A stretch of 64,000 bases of DNA from a virus, in the IMG/VR virus record IMGVR_UViG_3300045051_000531; one strand, given 5' to 3'. The notes under the pieces are model-generated. The model searched no databases. It had not been told where the DNA came from and saw nothing but the letters and a program-made list of their open reading frames with translations. Positions 39,630 to 47,974 of this stretch are shown one piece after another. The stretch's first letter is position 1, and every line of letters starts with the position of its first letter. The position numbers and the translations under genes were made by a program.

Positions 39630-40577
39630 TTAGGCGAGGCGGACCAGGAGATCGGCGTCACCCCGTGGCAGCGTGGGGAGCACCGCGGCGAGCTCCTCGG
39701 AGCCCAGCTTGGCGAGCGCGGGGTCCACGGCGGCCAGGGCTTCCTTGGAGAGCTCCGCGATGTCCACCGTGGCACCGTTGGTCAGTGCGACGGCCTGCTT
39801 CGAGATCCCGGCCAGCTTGGCGAGCTTCTCGGTGGTCTGCGCGGAGTCGATGATCTCCTCGGGGAGCTCGACTGAAGCCGTCTTCACCGCGATGCCGGTC
39901 TCGACGTCGAAGTGCTCCAGGGCGGCCACGGCTTCCTTGACGAAGTCGTCGTCGTAGCGGAGCTCAGGCTTCTCGGTCATGACCTCCACGAGGGAAGCCA
40001 GCTTGTCGAAGAGCTCGGGGTGGGTCTCCAGGGCACCGACGCGCTGATCCAGAGCGGCCTGCAGGGACTCCGCCGAGGGGTACCCGAAGCCGGCTGACTT
40101 GTGCAGGCTGGTCTCGACGTACTCCGGGAGATGGGCTCCGAAGCGCTGGGCGCGCTCCAGGAGACGAGCCGCGGCTTCCTTGCGCCACTCCAGCGGGTAG
40201 CTCCGCTTGGTCTCCGCGAACTGGACCGCGGACGCGATCACCGAGGGGGCATCGTAGGCCGCGAACTTCCGGACCTCGAGGCCGCCGTGCTTGGCGACCA
40301 TGGCGAAGTCCTTGGCCTCGAGCTCAGCTGGCTTGTAGGTGGCCACCTTGGCCACAGCAGCTTCGCAGTCCGCCAGGTTGCCCCAGAACGCGGCGTGATC
40401 CCGGCAGGTCTGCTTGGTGGCCTCAGAGGCCTTCTTGACGTACGCCTGGACGAAAGAGATCATCGTTGCATCGCGGCTATTGAAGAGATAGTCTTCGTCG
40501 CGACGCGCCACGGCGGTCTTCGCGAGACCGGCGTGGCCGGCGAGAACGAGAGCTTTATCAAGGGGCAGCTGGCTCAT
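39630..40577 (-). CDS. K-x-A-rich putative virion protein
   Basis: 315 aa helical; 14 of 22 lysines in K-x-A context by hand count. Confidence 0.8.
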   Translation of the reverse strand: MSQLPLDKALVLAGHAGLAKTAVARRDEDYLFNSRDATMISFVQAYVKKASEATKQTCRDHAAFWGNLADCEAAVAKVATYKPAELEAKDFAMVAKHGGLEVRKFAAYDAPSVIASAVQFAETKRSYPLEWRKEAAARLLERAQRFGAHLPEYVETSLHKSAGFGYPSAESLQAALDQRVGALETHPELFDKLASLVEVMTEKPELRYDDDFVKEAVAALEHFDVETGIAVKTASVELPEEIIDSAQTTEKLAKLAGISKQAVALTNGATVDIAELSKEALAAVDPALAKLGSEELAAVLPTLPRGDADLLVRLA

Positions 40578-43029
40578 GCGGATCGACCCTCATCATGTCT
40601 TCAGGCTGGTGGGCATCGGTGAGGTAAGTAGGTACCCCGTGACGGTGGATTGTCCGCTCTGTTCCGGCGTCAGCAAGTTGGAACTCCGGACCCCGGATCA
40701 CGTCCAGTGCCGGAGCTGTCACTTCAGCGGCGACCTGGTCTCCCTGTACGCCAAGAAGACCGGGGTCGAGATCGCGGATGCCGTCGGTACCCTGCAGCAG
40801 CTCGGTGCCCTGGATCTCCGAGGCGCCGAAAGTGGCCCCTACGTCGACGACGCCAAGCGTCAGGACGCCATCAAGGGGCTCATCGCGAAGCGGCTCGCCT
40901 GGATCGCCAAGGAAGGCTTCGGGTTCGCGATCCCGTCGATCCTGGATCGCCTGAACTGCAGGCAGTACATCCATGGGCTCCCCGCGTTGCTCCCACACGT
41001 GATCCCGCTGCGCCGTGAGGACCTCATCGGACCCGTGTTCGCGAGCTCAGAAGCGGTCCCCAAGGAGTGCAAGCAGACCTGGGTGTGGTGGTCCAATTAC
41101 TCGGCACTCACGGTCCCAGTATATCATGGCACCGACATAATCGGCTTACACGTCATGACTTCCAAGGAGACCCGGTATCTCCCGTTCGTCGGTGGATCCA
41201 AGCGGATCCACGTTGGTGCCGCGTTCGGGCTGCTACCGTCGTACCTGGATCCAGCGGTGCTCGTCGTCGACGACGTCCACGTCGCCCTGCGGTACATGCT
41301 GTGGAGCCTGGCTGACCACGGCAGAGTGGTCCCCTTCGTGGCGCCCCAAGGGATCCGGGACACCGTGGAGTTCTACCAGGGTGGTCGTACTGTGTTTTGG
41401 TCCCCGCGCGGGGACCCCAAGCACTACCTCCGCGCCATTGAGACCCCACGGGCTCAGACCCTGGACCACACCTACGCCGGGAAGTTCGACGTCGACCGCG
41501 ATCTCCCGTTCCGGGGCAGCTTCGGGCAGCTCATCGCCGCAGCCCAGGAGTCCGTGCCAGCCCACCAGGCCGCCGCGGTACAGCTCTGCCGGATGCCGGA
41601 GCCTGAGGCCAGAACGGTGCTGGCCACGGTCCGCCTGGACGCCGCGGATCGCGCCAAGGTGCTCGCCTACGTCGGTGGTGACGACGCCAGGCACGTCGCC
41701 AGCCTGTTCGAGAACGCCGTGCACGACGAAACCATCACCTGGGGTGGCGACATCATCACGGACACCCAGGACGGCTGGATCTCTCGGGGCCGCGTGATCA
41801 GCTCGGCGAAGTTCTACATCGAGAAGATCAGGCCACAGGGCAACTCAGGCGAAGCCATCGCTGAAGGCGTCATCCTGTACCGGACCCCAACCGGGAATCG
41901 GGTCAGCTTTAAGTTCGTCGAACAGATCACCGCGATGCGCAAGGACACCGGGGAGTGGCTCCAGCGCCGTGTCATCTCAATAACCGGATTTACGCCGTTC
42001 GTTGATCCACCGTGGTCCAAGAAGCTCATCGAGATCGCGCAGCAGTTCCATGCCCCGGTTCCGATCCTGGGGACCCAGTACTACGGCTGGAACGAGGACG
42101 TCCTCCGGATGCCGAACTTCACCGTCGACGCGAACGGGCTCCAAGGGGCTCAAGCGCTCGTCGAGGGTCCCATGCTGCTGCTCCCGGCCCCGCTCAGCGA
42201 CGCCGAGTGGGACGCCTTTACCTCGGAGACCTTCTGCCGCGTTTTCCTGGCGTTCCTCGGCAACGTGATCCGGACCAAGCAGGGTCGCCCCGGGTTCGCT
42301 ATGTTGCTCGCCAACGAACCACACGTCGTGTTCCGACTCGCTGATGCCTTCGCAGCCCAGGTCGTCACGAACCCGCGTCGGGATGTCCTCGAAGAGGCCA
42401 CGCTGCAGCCCTTGCCGGTGTTCGTGGAGTTCAGTCATAAAGCGGCTAACGACTTCTTCCTGTACCACCAGAACCCAGCTAACGTGGTCGTCAACACGGA
42501 CAGCAAAACAGCGCTGTTTGCCGCGTTCCGGTCGACCTGGTTGAAACTCGACATCCAGGGGGCCATCAACTACGGCGCCCTGCGTGCGATCTTCCTGGCT
42601 CTTCCGGAAATCATGCGGGCGCCAGCGATCCAGCTTGACCGCGATGATTTCTATCGACGCATCGTCCACCTGCTCGGGTTCATCCAGATGTTCCAGGTCC
42701 ACCGCACCGAGCTGCTCGCGGCTGCGGCACACCTGGACACCAAGGCGATGTACTCCTCGTCGACCCTGGCTCGTCGAGTCATGGAGACCATTGTCAGTGC
42801 TCACCGGGCCGGAGAGCTCGAGATCCATCGGACCGAGAACTACGTCAGGGTCTCCACGCTCGCCTTCATGGCCGCGGTGTCGTCCCCGATGCTGCCGCCT
42901 CCTGACATCAAGGCGATCACGCTGGCCCTGGTTGCGGCGCGGTTCATTACGTCAGGGAAGCATCTCAAACAGGAGTGGGAGTTCCCGGTGTCGATGTGGG
43001 ACATCCATATGTCGATGGTGCTGTCGTGA
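40576..43029 (+). CDS. Primase-related protein with CHC2-type zinc finger and DUF927-like region
   Basis: CPLC..HVQCRSCHFSGDLVSLYAKKTGVEIADAV; no clear TOPRIM DxD or Walker A; start may instead be a GTG near 40639. Confidence 0.6.
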   Translation: MRIDPHHVFRLVGIGEVSRYPVTVDCPLCSGVSKLELRTPDHVQCRSCHFSGDLVSLYAKKTGVEIADAVGTLQQLGALDLRGAESGPYVDDAKRQDAIKGLIAKRLAWIAKEGFGFAIPSILDRLNCRQYIHGLPALLPHVIPLRREDLIGPVFASSEAVPKECKQTWVWWSNYSALTVPVYHGTDIIGLHVMTSKETRYLPFVGGSKRIHVGAAFGLLPSYLDPAVLVVDDVHVALRYMLWSLADHGRVVPFVAPQGIRDTVEFYQGGRTVFWSPRGDPKHYLRAIETPRAQTLDHTYAGKFDVDRDLPFRGSFGQLIAAAQESVPAHQAAAVQLCRMPEPEARTVLATVRLDAADRAKVLAYVGGDDARHVASLFENAVHDETITWGGDIITDTQDGWISRGRVISSAKFYIEKIRPQGNSGEAIAEGVILYRTPTGNRVSFKFVEQITAMRKDTGEWLQRRVISITGFTPFVDPPWSKKLIEIAQQFHAPVPILGTQYYGWNEDVLRMPNFTVDANGLQGAQALVEGPMLLLPAPLSDAEWDAFTSETFCRVFLAFLGNVIRTKQGRPGFAMLLANEPHVVFRLADAFAAQVVTNPRRDVLEEATLQPLPVFVEFSHKAANDFFLYHQNPANVVVNTDSKTALFAAFRSTWLKLDIQGAINYGALRAIFLALPEIMRAPAIQLDRDDFYRRIVHLLGFIQMFQVHRTELLAAAAHLDTKAMYSSSTLARRVMETIVSAHRAGELEIHRTENYVRVSTLAFMAAVSSPMLPPPDIKAITLALVAARFITSGKHLKQEWEFPVSMWDIHMSMVLS

Positions 43030-43598
43030 CTGTTCCGCACATATTCGAGGAACCACAGTTCGGTCAGAACTGGTTCACGTACGCCGGGTTCTACAAGCAG
43101 CTCATAAGAAACGCGCCGCGCGGTGCCGTGATAGTCGAGGTTGGATCCTGGAAGGGTAAAAGCACCGCGTTCCTCGCCGTTGAGGCCATCAACGCCAACA
43201 AGAACATCAGCATATACGCGGTGGATCTGTGGCTCGGGTTGGATGACCCAGCGTACCTGGCTGATCACGATGTTAAGGCAGGGACACTGTACGCCAGGTT
43301 CCTGGACAACATGAAACCGTTGAGAAGCGTGGTTACCCCGCTTCGGATGCCGTCGTTGGACGCCAGCCGGTTGTTCCAAGATGGCGCCGTCGATGCGGTG
43401 TACATCGATGCCAGCCATAAATACGAAGACGTGCGGGCCGACATTGCAGCGTGGCTTCCCAAGGTTAAGCCGGGCGGTGTCCTGGCTGGACATGATATCC
43501 ATATTCCAGATGTCGGGCGCGCCGTATTGGAAGCCAAGCTGCCCGGCATAGGCTACAACTCAACCGAGGACATCTGGGTACACTGTAAACCGACGTAG
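43026..43598 (+). CDS. Class I SAM-dependent methyltransferase (Methyltransf_24-like)
   Basis: VIVEVGSWKGKST, VDAVYIDASHKYEDVRADIAAWLPKVKPGGVLAGHD; GTGA overlap start. Confidence 0.9.
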   Translation: MTVPHIFEEPQFGQNWFTYAGFYKQLIRNAPRGAVIVEVGSWKGKSTAFLAVEAINANKNISIYAVDLWLGLDDPAYLADHDVKAGTLYARFLDNMKPLRSVVTPLRMPSLDASRLFQDGAVDAVYIDASHKYEDVRADIAAWLPKVKPGGVLAGHDIHIPDVGRAVLEAKLPGIGYNSTEDIWVHCKPT

Positions 43599-43669
43599 TC
43601 GCGTCACCAGGATTCGAACCTGGTCGCCGGGTGTCAAAGACCCAGATGCTGCCGTTACATCATGACGCG
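43599..43669 (-). tRNA. tRNA-Gln(TTG)
   Basis: Cloverleaf; acceptor CGCGTCA/TGACGCG; loop CT-TTG-AC; no encoded CCA. Confidence 0.85.
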
Positions 43670-43670
43670 G

Positions 43671-43744
43671 TGGTTGGGGAACTAGGATTCGAACCTAGGT
43701 TGCCGGAGTCAGAATCCGGAGTCCTACCGTTGAACGATTCCCCA
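43671..43744 (-). tRNA. tRNA-Gln(CTG)
   Basis: T1-A72; loop TT-CTG-AC; CCA encoded. Confidence 0.9.
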
Positions 43745-43819
43745 TGGCTCCGAGGGCAGGGCTCGAACCTGCGACCTTGGCATTAACAGTGCCTTGCTCT
43801 ACCGCTGAGCTACCTCGGA
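43745..43819 (-). tRNA. tRNA-Asn(GTT)
   Basis: Canonical cloverleaf; loop CT-GTT-AA; CCA encoded. Confidence 0.92.
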
Positions 43820-43824
43820 ATGAA

Positions 43825-43911
43825 CCCTGTGCGCAGGATCGGCCTGCATCTCCGTCGATACGGGACGTTGAACATTCTGGCGGTATTCATTTCCGCTTAC
43901 GCCAGCACAGG
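43825..43911 (-). pseudogene. Degenerate class-II tRNA-like element with TCA at the anticodon position
   Basis: Acceptor CCTGTGC/GCACAGG plus G73; variable hairpin CCGT-ATCG-ACGG; T-stem GCAGG/CCTGC with aberrant loop CCGAT; weak anticodon stem. Confidence 0.45.
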
Positions 43912-43913
43912 TG

Positions 43914-43990
43914 TGGTCTGAACGAGAGGATTCGAACCTCCGGCCCCTTGGTCCCAAGCCAAGTGCTCTGCCAGGCTGAGCTACGTTCAG
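43914..43990 (-). tRNA. tRNA-Pro(TGG)
   Basis: Loop CT-TGG-GA; C1-G72; CCA encoded. Confidence 0.92.
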
Positions 43991-43993
43991 GTG

Positions 43994-44069
43994 TGGTGCT
44001 GTCCACCGGAGTTGAACCGGTAACCCCCTGCTTACGAAGCAGGTGCTCTGCCAGTTGAGCTAGGACAGC
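43994..44069 (-). tRNA. tRNA-Thr(CGT)
   Basis: Loop TT-CGT-AA; CCA encoded. Confidence 0.9.
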
Positions 44070-44070
44070 A

Positions 44071-44141
44071 TGCCACCGCCGGGAATCGAACCCAGTCCCC
44101 CTGCTTACAAAACAGGAGCTCGGCCTTAGAGCTTCAGCGGC
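44071..44141 (-). tRNA. tRNA-Thr(TGT)
   Basis: Loop TT-TGT-AA; acceptor GCCGCTG/CGGTGGC; no CCA. Confidence 0.85.
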
Positions 44142-44157
44142 GAACTACGTCATAGAT

Positions 44158-44197
44158 AAAATAAAAGAGCGGAGCCCCGACCACTGGCCGGGGCTCT
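44158..44197 (-). terminator. Intrinsic terminator after the HAD gene
   Basis: GAGCCCCG/CGGGGCTC stem followed on the minus strand by CTCTTTTATTTT. Confidence 0.65.
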
Positions 44198-44304
44198 CTG
44201 GGAGATCTGAAGCGAGGGAATCGCTTAGACGCCGAGAACCGCGGCCAACCGTGTCGGTGGCTGTTGCGTGTTCGTCGGATTGGGCGTCGAAGCGGTCATC
44301 TGGG

Positions 44305-44694
44305 CTACAGCGTAACGTCGATTTCGAAGTGTCTAGCGACAGCGGCCCAGTCCACGCAGGGCCGCTTGAAACCCTCAGGCTGGATCAGTGGGCATCCGAA
44401 CGCGGCGTCATCGATGTAGAGCTGGGCGTACGCTTTCGGGGATGCCGTCCAGGTGTGCTGTTCCGGGTTCTCCAGGATCCCCCACAGCTTGATGCCGTGA
44501 CGTGTAAACCACATCACGGCATCGGCGAGCTGGGGTCCGCTGCGCATCGTCCACAGGATCAGCTTGGTCCCAGCCGCTTCCATGGCTCGCAGAACAGCCA
44601 CAGATCCTGGAGCGTCGATACCTACGGCAGGGAACCGGTGATCGACGCAGGTCCCATCGAAGTCGACGGCGACAATAGCGGGGAGGTCAGGCAT
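44305..44694 (-). CDS. HAD-superfamily phosphatase
   Basis: IVAVDFDGT, LILWTMRSG, LYIDD motifs. Confidence 0.88.
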   Translation of the reverse strand: MPDLPAIVAVDFDGTCVDHRFPAVGIDAPGSVAVLRAMEAAGTKLILWTMRSGPQLADAVMWFTRHGIKLWGILENPEQHTWTASPKAYAQLYIDDAAFGCPLIQPEGFKRPCVDWAAVARHFEIDVTL

Positions 44695-44733
44695 CTCAGA
44701 TACCTAGCGGTGCCCAGCCGTTTTGCAAGAGGC

Positions 44734-45210
44734 TTAGACGTTATCTGGCGGCAACGTGTTCAGGTAGTTGACCTTCAGGCGGATCTTTCCCGCAGTGAAA
44801 GCTTTGTCGTTGTCGGAGCCGCGACAGGTGATCGTGATCGGCAGCGCCGAAAACGAGAACGTGGCAGTCAGCTGCGTGTTGCCTGAGAGCGTGTACACGT
44901 TCGACTTCTTCGTGTTGACGAAGACATCATCCAGATTGGCGTAGCGGCTGCCGATCTGAATCTCTGCCCAAGGGGCCTCATCGGTGGTCACGAGCTCTTC
45001 GATGATGATCGCCGAAAACGAGTACAGCCCAGCCTCTGCTGGGACCTGGAACGGTAACGTGACGATGTGGTCCGTGTTTCCAGCGAAATCGATGATGGTG
45101 TCGATCGTGGTGAAATCGCTGGTACCGCCGCCTTGCCCCGCCGCGAGATCATCCAGCGCGGTCTTATGGCGGCTCAGATAGCGGACCGAGGAGGATGGCA
45201 GTGTGGTCAT
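44734..45210 (-). CDS. Hypothetical beta-rich protein, leaderless
   Basis: 158 aa; TTGCTG-17-TAACTT ends 6 nt before the ATG. Confidence 0.7.
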   Translation of the reverse strand: MTTLPSSSVRYLSRHKTALDDLAAGQGGGTSDFTTIDTIIDFAGNTDHIVTLPFQVPAEAGLYSFSAIIIEELVTTDEAPWAEIQIGSRYANLDDVFVNTKKSNVYTLSGNTQLTATFSFSALPITITCRGSDNDKAFTAGKIRLKVNYLNTLPPDNV

Positions 45211-45273
45211 GTCGACAAGTTACCGGCGTCTCCTGGTCCCAGCAACAGCAGCTCTACGGGCTCAATTTGCAAG

Positions 45274-45361
45274 TGGCGGAAGCGGAGGGAGTCGAACCCC
45301 CAGTGCCAGTAAGGCACGGCAGTTTTCAAGACTGTTGAGCGCGCCAGTGCTCAGCGCTTCC
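45274..45361 (-). tRNA. tRNA-Ser(TGA)
   Basis: Loop CT-TGA-AA; long variable arm; G73; CCA encoded. Confidence 0.9.
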
Positions 45362-45364
45362 AAG

Positions 45365-45438
45365 TCGCCGCGGAGGGATTCGAACCCCCAACATCTACGA
45401 CCTCAACGTAGCGCCTCTGCCAGTTGGGCTACGCGGCG
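45365..45438 (-). tRNA. tRNA-Leu(GAG), short variable loop
   Basis: Loop TT-GAG-GT; variable region ATGTT; A73. Confidence 0.85.
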
Positions 45439-45515
45439 TGGTACGCCTGGGTGGACTCGAACCACCAACTGACTCCATTTTGAGTGGAGCACCTCTGCCG
45501 TTGGGTTACAGGCGC
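45439..45515 (-). tRNA. tRNA-Leu(CAA), short variable loop
   Basis: Loop CT-CAA-AA; variable region TCAGTT; A73; CCA encoded. Confidence 0.88.
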
Positions 45516-45518
45516 GTC

Positions 45519-45608
45519 TGGTGGGATGGGGAGGAGTCGAACCTCTTGCCCCGAAGGGAACTGGTTTACAGCCAGCCGCACTGCCGTCGTACCTTATGAC
45601 CTCATCCC
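45519..45608 (-). tRNA. tRNA-Tyr(GTA), atypical D region
   Basis: Loop CT-GTA-AA; variable hairpin CCC-TTCG-GGG; enlarged irregular D region; CCA encoded. Confidence 0.8.
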
Positions 45609-45611
45609 ATG

Positions 45612-45688
45612 TGGTACCGGAAGTGGGAGTCGAACCCACATAGATCTTGGTTCTGAGCCAAGCATGTCTCCTGTTGCATCATTCCGGC
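45612..45688 (-). tRNA. tRNA-Leu(CAG), short variable loop
   Basis: Loop CT-CAG-AA; variable region ATCTAT; A73; CCA encoded. Confidence 0.88.
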
Positions 45689-45697
45689 GTGAATTAT

Positions 45698-45772
45698 CAA
45701 AGAAAAGGGCCACCTCCGGGATTCCGGGGGTGGCCCTAAAAGCGGAACCCCCGGCCTAGCAGCCGGGGGTCC
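45698..45772 (-). terminator. Two tandem intrinsic terminators
   Basis: Hairpins 45744-45772 and 45706-45737, each followed by a T-tract on the minus strand. Confidence 0.65.
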
Positions 45773-45856
45773 ATCACAACCGCGATGAAGCTCCCAGCTC
45801 TACTGCGTAAGCAGTGAGGACAAATAGGAGCGAACTAACGAGATCTTGGTCACGAC
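45738..45856 (-). ncRNA. Candidate small RNA with its own promoter and terminator
   Basis: TTGACG-16-TACGGT promoter at 45890-45863; rod-like fold (GCTCC/GGAGC, ACTGC-TTAC-GCAGT); terminator; no ORF. Confidence 0.45.
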
Positions 45857-45894
45857 GTTAGCACCGTATGTGTTCCTTTGAACACGTCAAGTTT

Positions 45895-46227
45895 CTAGCG
45901 GCGGACACCCTGGCTTATGCCAGAGGCCAGGGGCGCCGACGGTGACGCTTCGATGAGTTCACGGATCGAACGGATCACATCGAGGCGCTCGCGGCGCTGC
46001 ACTTCCAAGACGGATACGAGATCAGACAGTCCGCCACCACAGCACCCCTTGCCCTCGGTCTTCTCGGCGGCCGGGGAGGGGCCATGGATCTGGTCATGGA
46101 GGGTATTGCGGACGAGCTCGAGCAGCGCCAGCTCCTCGATCTGATCCTTGCGCAGCGTGTCGAGATCGCTGCTGATGCCCCGAAGGGTAGACGGGGAGCG
46201 GGTGGTTGGGTTGGATGAGCTAAGCAT
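45895..46227 (-). CDS. Hypothetical coiled-coil protein
   Basis: ATG 46227 with AGGAGG SD; 110 aa; CCGGG motif. Confidence 0.7.
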   Translation of the reverse strand: MLSSSNPTTRSPSTLRGISSDLDTLRKDQIEELALLELVRNTLHDQIHGPSPAAEKTEGKGCCGGGLSDLVSVLEVQRRERLDVIRSIRELIEASPSAPLASGISQGVRR

Positions 46228-46288
46228 GTGGGCCTCCTGGTGGTAGTGGTTTACTCGGTTCACGAGTACGTTAGTGGGTCTGAGCGCC

Positions 46289-47974
46289 TCAGGTTTCGCG
46301 GTACGTCGGCACACCCGGCTGCGCCTCGACCTTTTTATAGGTCTTCTGGATATCGGCCTCCAGCGCGGCATCGACGGGGTCCGGGTGGTTCGACGTACTG
46401 TATTTCCCGACGTCAGCCGTGATCCCGTAATACGCCCTGATCTCATCGGGCGTCCAGTTCATGATGCGCTGCCGTTCCCCCTCGTTCAGCTTGCCGTGCA
46501 TTTTGTCAGGGAAACAGCTGGGGGTTCTGGTGTGAGCGAAGTGAACCAGCGGAGCCCGGAGTTGGATCGCGGGACCATAGATCTTGGTGTACCGGAGCAG
46601 GAGTTCGTCGTCCTCGGCACCCCAGCCCCAGAACAGCTCGCTCATGCCCCTGGCGTGTTTGAACTTCGCGGTGTTCAGGAACACGCAGGCCTGGGCCACC
46701 GCCATGTTGATCTTCCAGAGAACTTCCTTGGGGTCATTGACGACACCGAAGTTGAAGCGACCAGCTTTGACCGCGGCGAGATGTTTCCGACCGATGTGGT
46801 AAAGCGTGTTGAACGGCGTCGCGGCAGCATGCCCGGCCTTGGTGACAGCGTAGTAGGCCCCAGTGACTTGCCCCATGGAGATCAGGGCGTCGGTGTCCCA
46901 GATCGCCACGGCCTCTGTTTCGACCCACTGCAACGCGGTGTTCACGGGCCTCGTCCTGGACCACAGCGCCCCAGGTTCCCGCTGCACGAAGAAGTACCGG
47001 ATCCCCGGCTTATCCAGGAAGAACTCAGCGAGCCTGGGACGGGTGTCGTACTCCACGATGAAGATCTGCGGGATGCAGAGCCGCTCCAACATGTAGGTCG
47101 TCACCGTCATGATGTTTTCGAAGCGGTCCGTGCTGTCGATGCACACCGGCATGATCGCGGTGAGATCCAGTGCCGGCTTATCGAAGTACTTCCGTATCGC
47201 GGCGTGGTACGAGTTCTGCATCTCGAAGACGCCGATCTCCGAGGCGAACTGCAGGTAGTACCAGTTCACGGACAGCCCGAGCGCAACGATATAAGCTGAG
47301 TCCATGGGATACGAGGTATCCATGAACATTCTGGACTTACCTTCATCAGTCCAAGCTGGGACAGGATTCGGTTCGGTCCGGAGTCCGATGAACTGACCGG
47401 GAAGCTTATCGGCTACGGTCTTGAACGCGCGTTTGGTGAACACCGCGTTCCGCTCATCGAAGTCGCCTGGCTCATCGTAGGCCAGCAGGGCCTGCAGCAC
47501 GATATGTTTAACCGGGGCTGCGAGGACCGAGGATACCAGCGAGACTTCGCCGTTTCCCCAGATCTCTTCACAGGCCATGACGACGTCGTCGTTCCAGGCC
47601 GGCATCGAACGAATTGGCTTCAGGAAGATGGAGTCGATGTCGGCGTAGATCCCGCCATGTTCATAGATGATCTCGAACCGCGCGAAGTCCGTCATCAAAC
47701 CAGGATACGGGATCCGACGACCCTTATGGACGTGCTTGAACTCCTTGTACCTAGCCTCAATGGGAACCTTATAGAAGTCCCGGGCCCGAATCACGGCGCG
47801 CTCGAACCACTCCAAGCCATCCATGGGCCCATCGGACCACACCACGATGCGGTCCGGCTTCTGGGTCTCCGCGCAGGACAACAGGGCGGCGTACTGCATC
47901 CCGCAGAACGGCACCATCTGTTTCCCGTTCAACGGCTTCTGGAGATGGATGAAGTGCCAGGTGTTTGGGATCAC
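46289..47974 (-). CDS. Two-domain glycosyltransferase (GT32-like DXD domain plus GT2/GT7-like domain)
   Basis: DFARFEIIYEHGGIYADID; WDTDALI; GMSELFWGWGAEDDELLLR; GTGA-coupled start at 47974. Confidence 0.85.
   Translation of the reverse strand: MIPNTWHFIHLQKPLNGKQMVPFCGMQYAALLSCAETQKPDRIVVWSDGPMDGLEWFERAVIRARDFYKVPIEARYKEFKHVHKGRRIPYPGLMTDFARFEIIYEHGGIYADIDSIFLKPIRSMPAWNDDVVMACEEIWGNGEVSLVSSVLAAPVKHIVLQALLAYDEPGDFDERNAVFTKRAFKTVADKLPGQFIGLRTEPNPVPAWTDEGKSRMFMDTSYPMDSAYIVALGLSVNWYYLQFASEIGVFEMQNSYHAAIRKYFDKPALDLTAIMPVCIDSTDRFENIMTVTTYMLERLCIPQIFIVEYDTRPRLAEFFLDKPGIRYFFVQREPGALWSRTRPVNTALQWVETEAVAIWDTDALISMGQVTGAYYAVTKAGHAAATPFNTLYHIGRKHLAAVKAGRFNFGVVNDPKEVLWKINMAVAQACVFLNTAKFKHARGMSELFWGWGAEDDELLLRYTKIYGPAIQLRAPLVHFAHTRTPSCFPDKMHGKLNEGERQRIMNWTPDEIRAYYGITADVGKYSTSNHPDPVDAALEADIQKTYKKVEAQPGVPTYRET

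Noticed and set aside
43744-45759. ORFs 43744-44058, 45203-45472, 45403-45639, 45484-45759, and 51834-52052/52501-52915 elsewhere
   Set aside because: They overlap tRNA or Y RNA genes and are translations of structured RNA.
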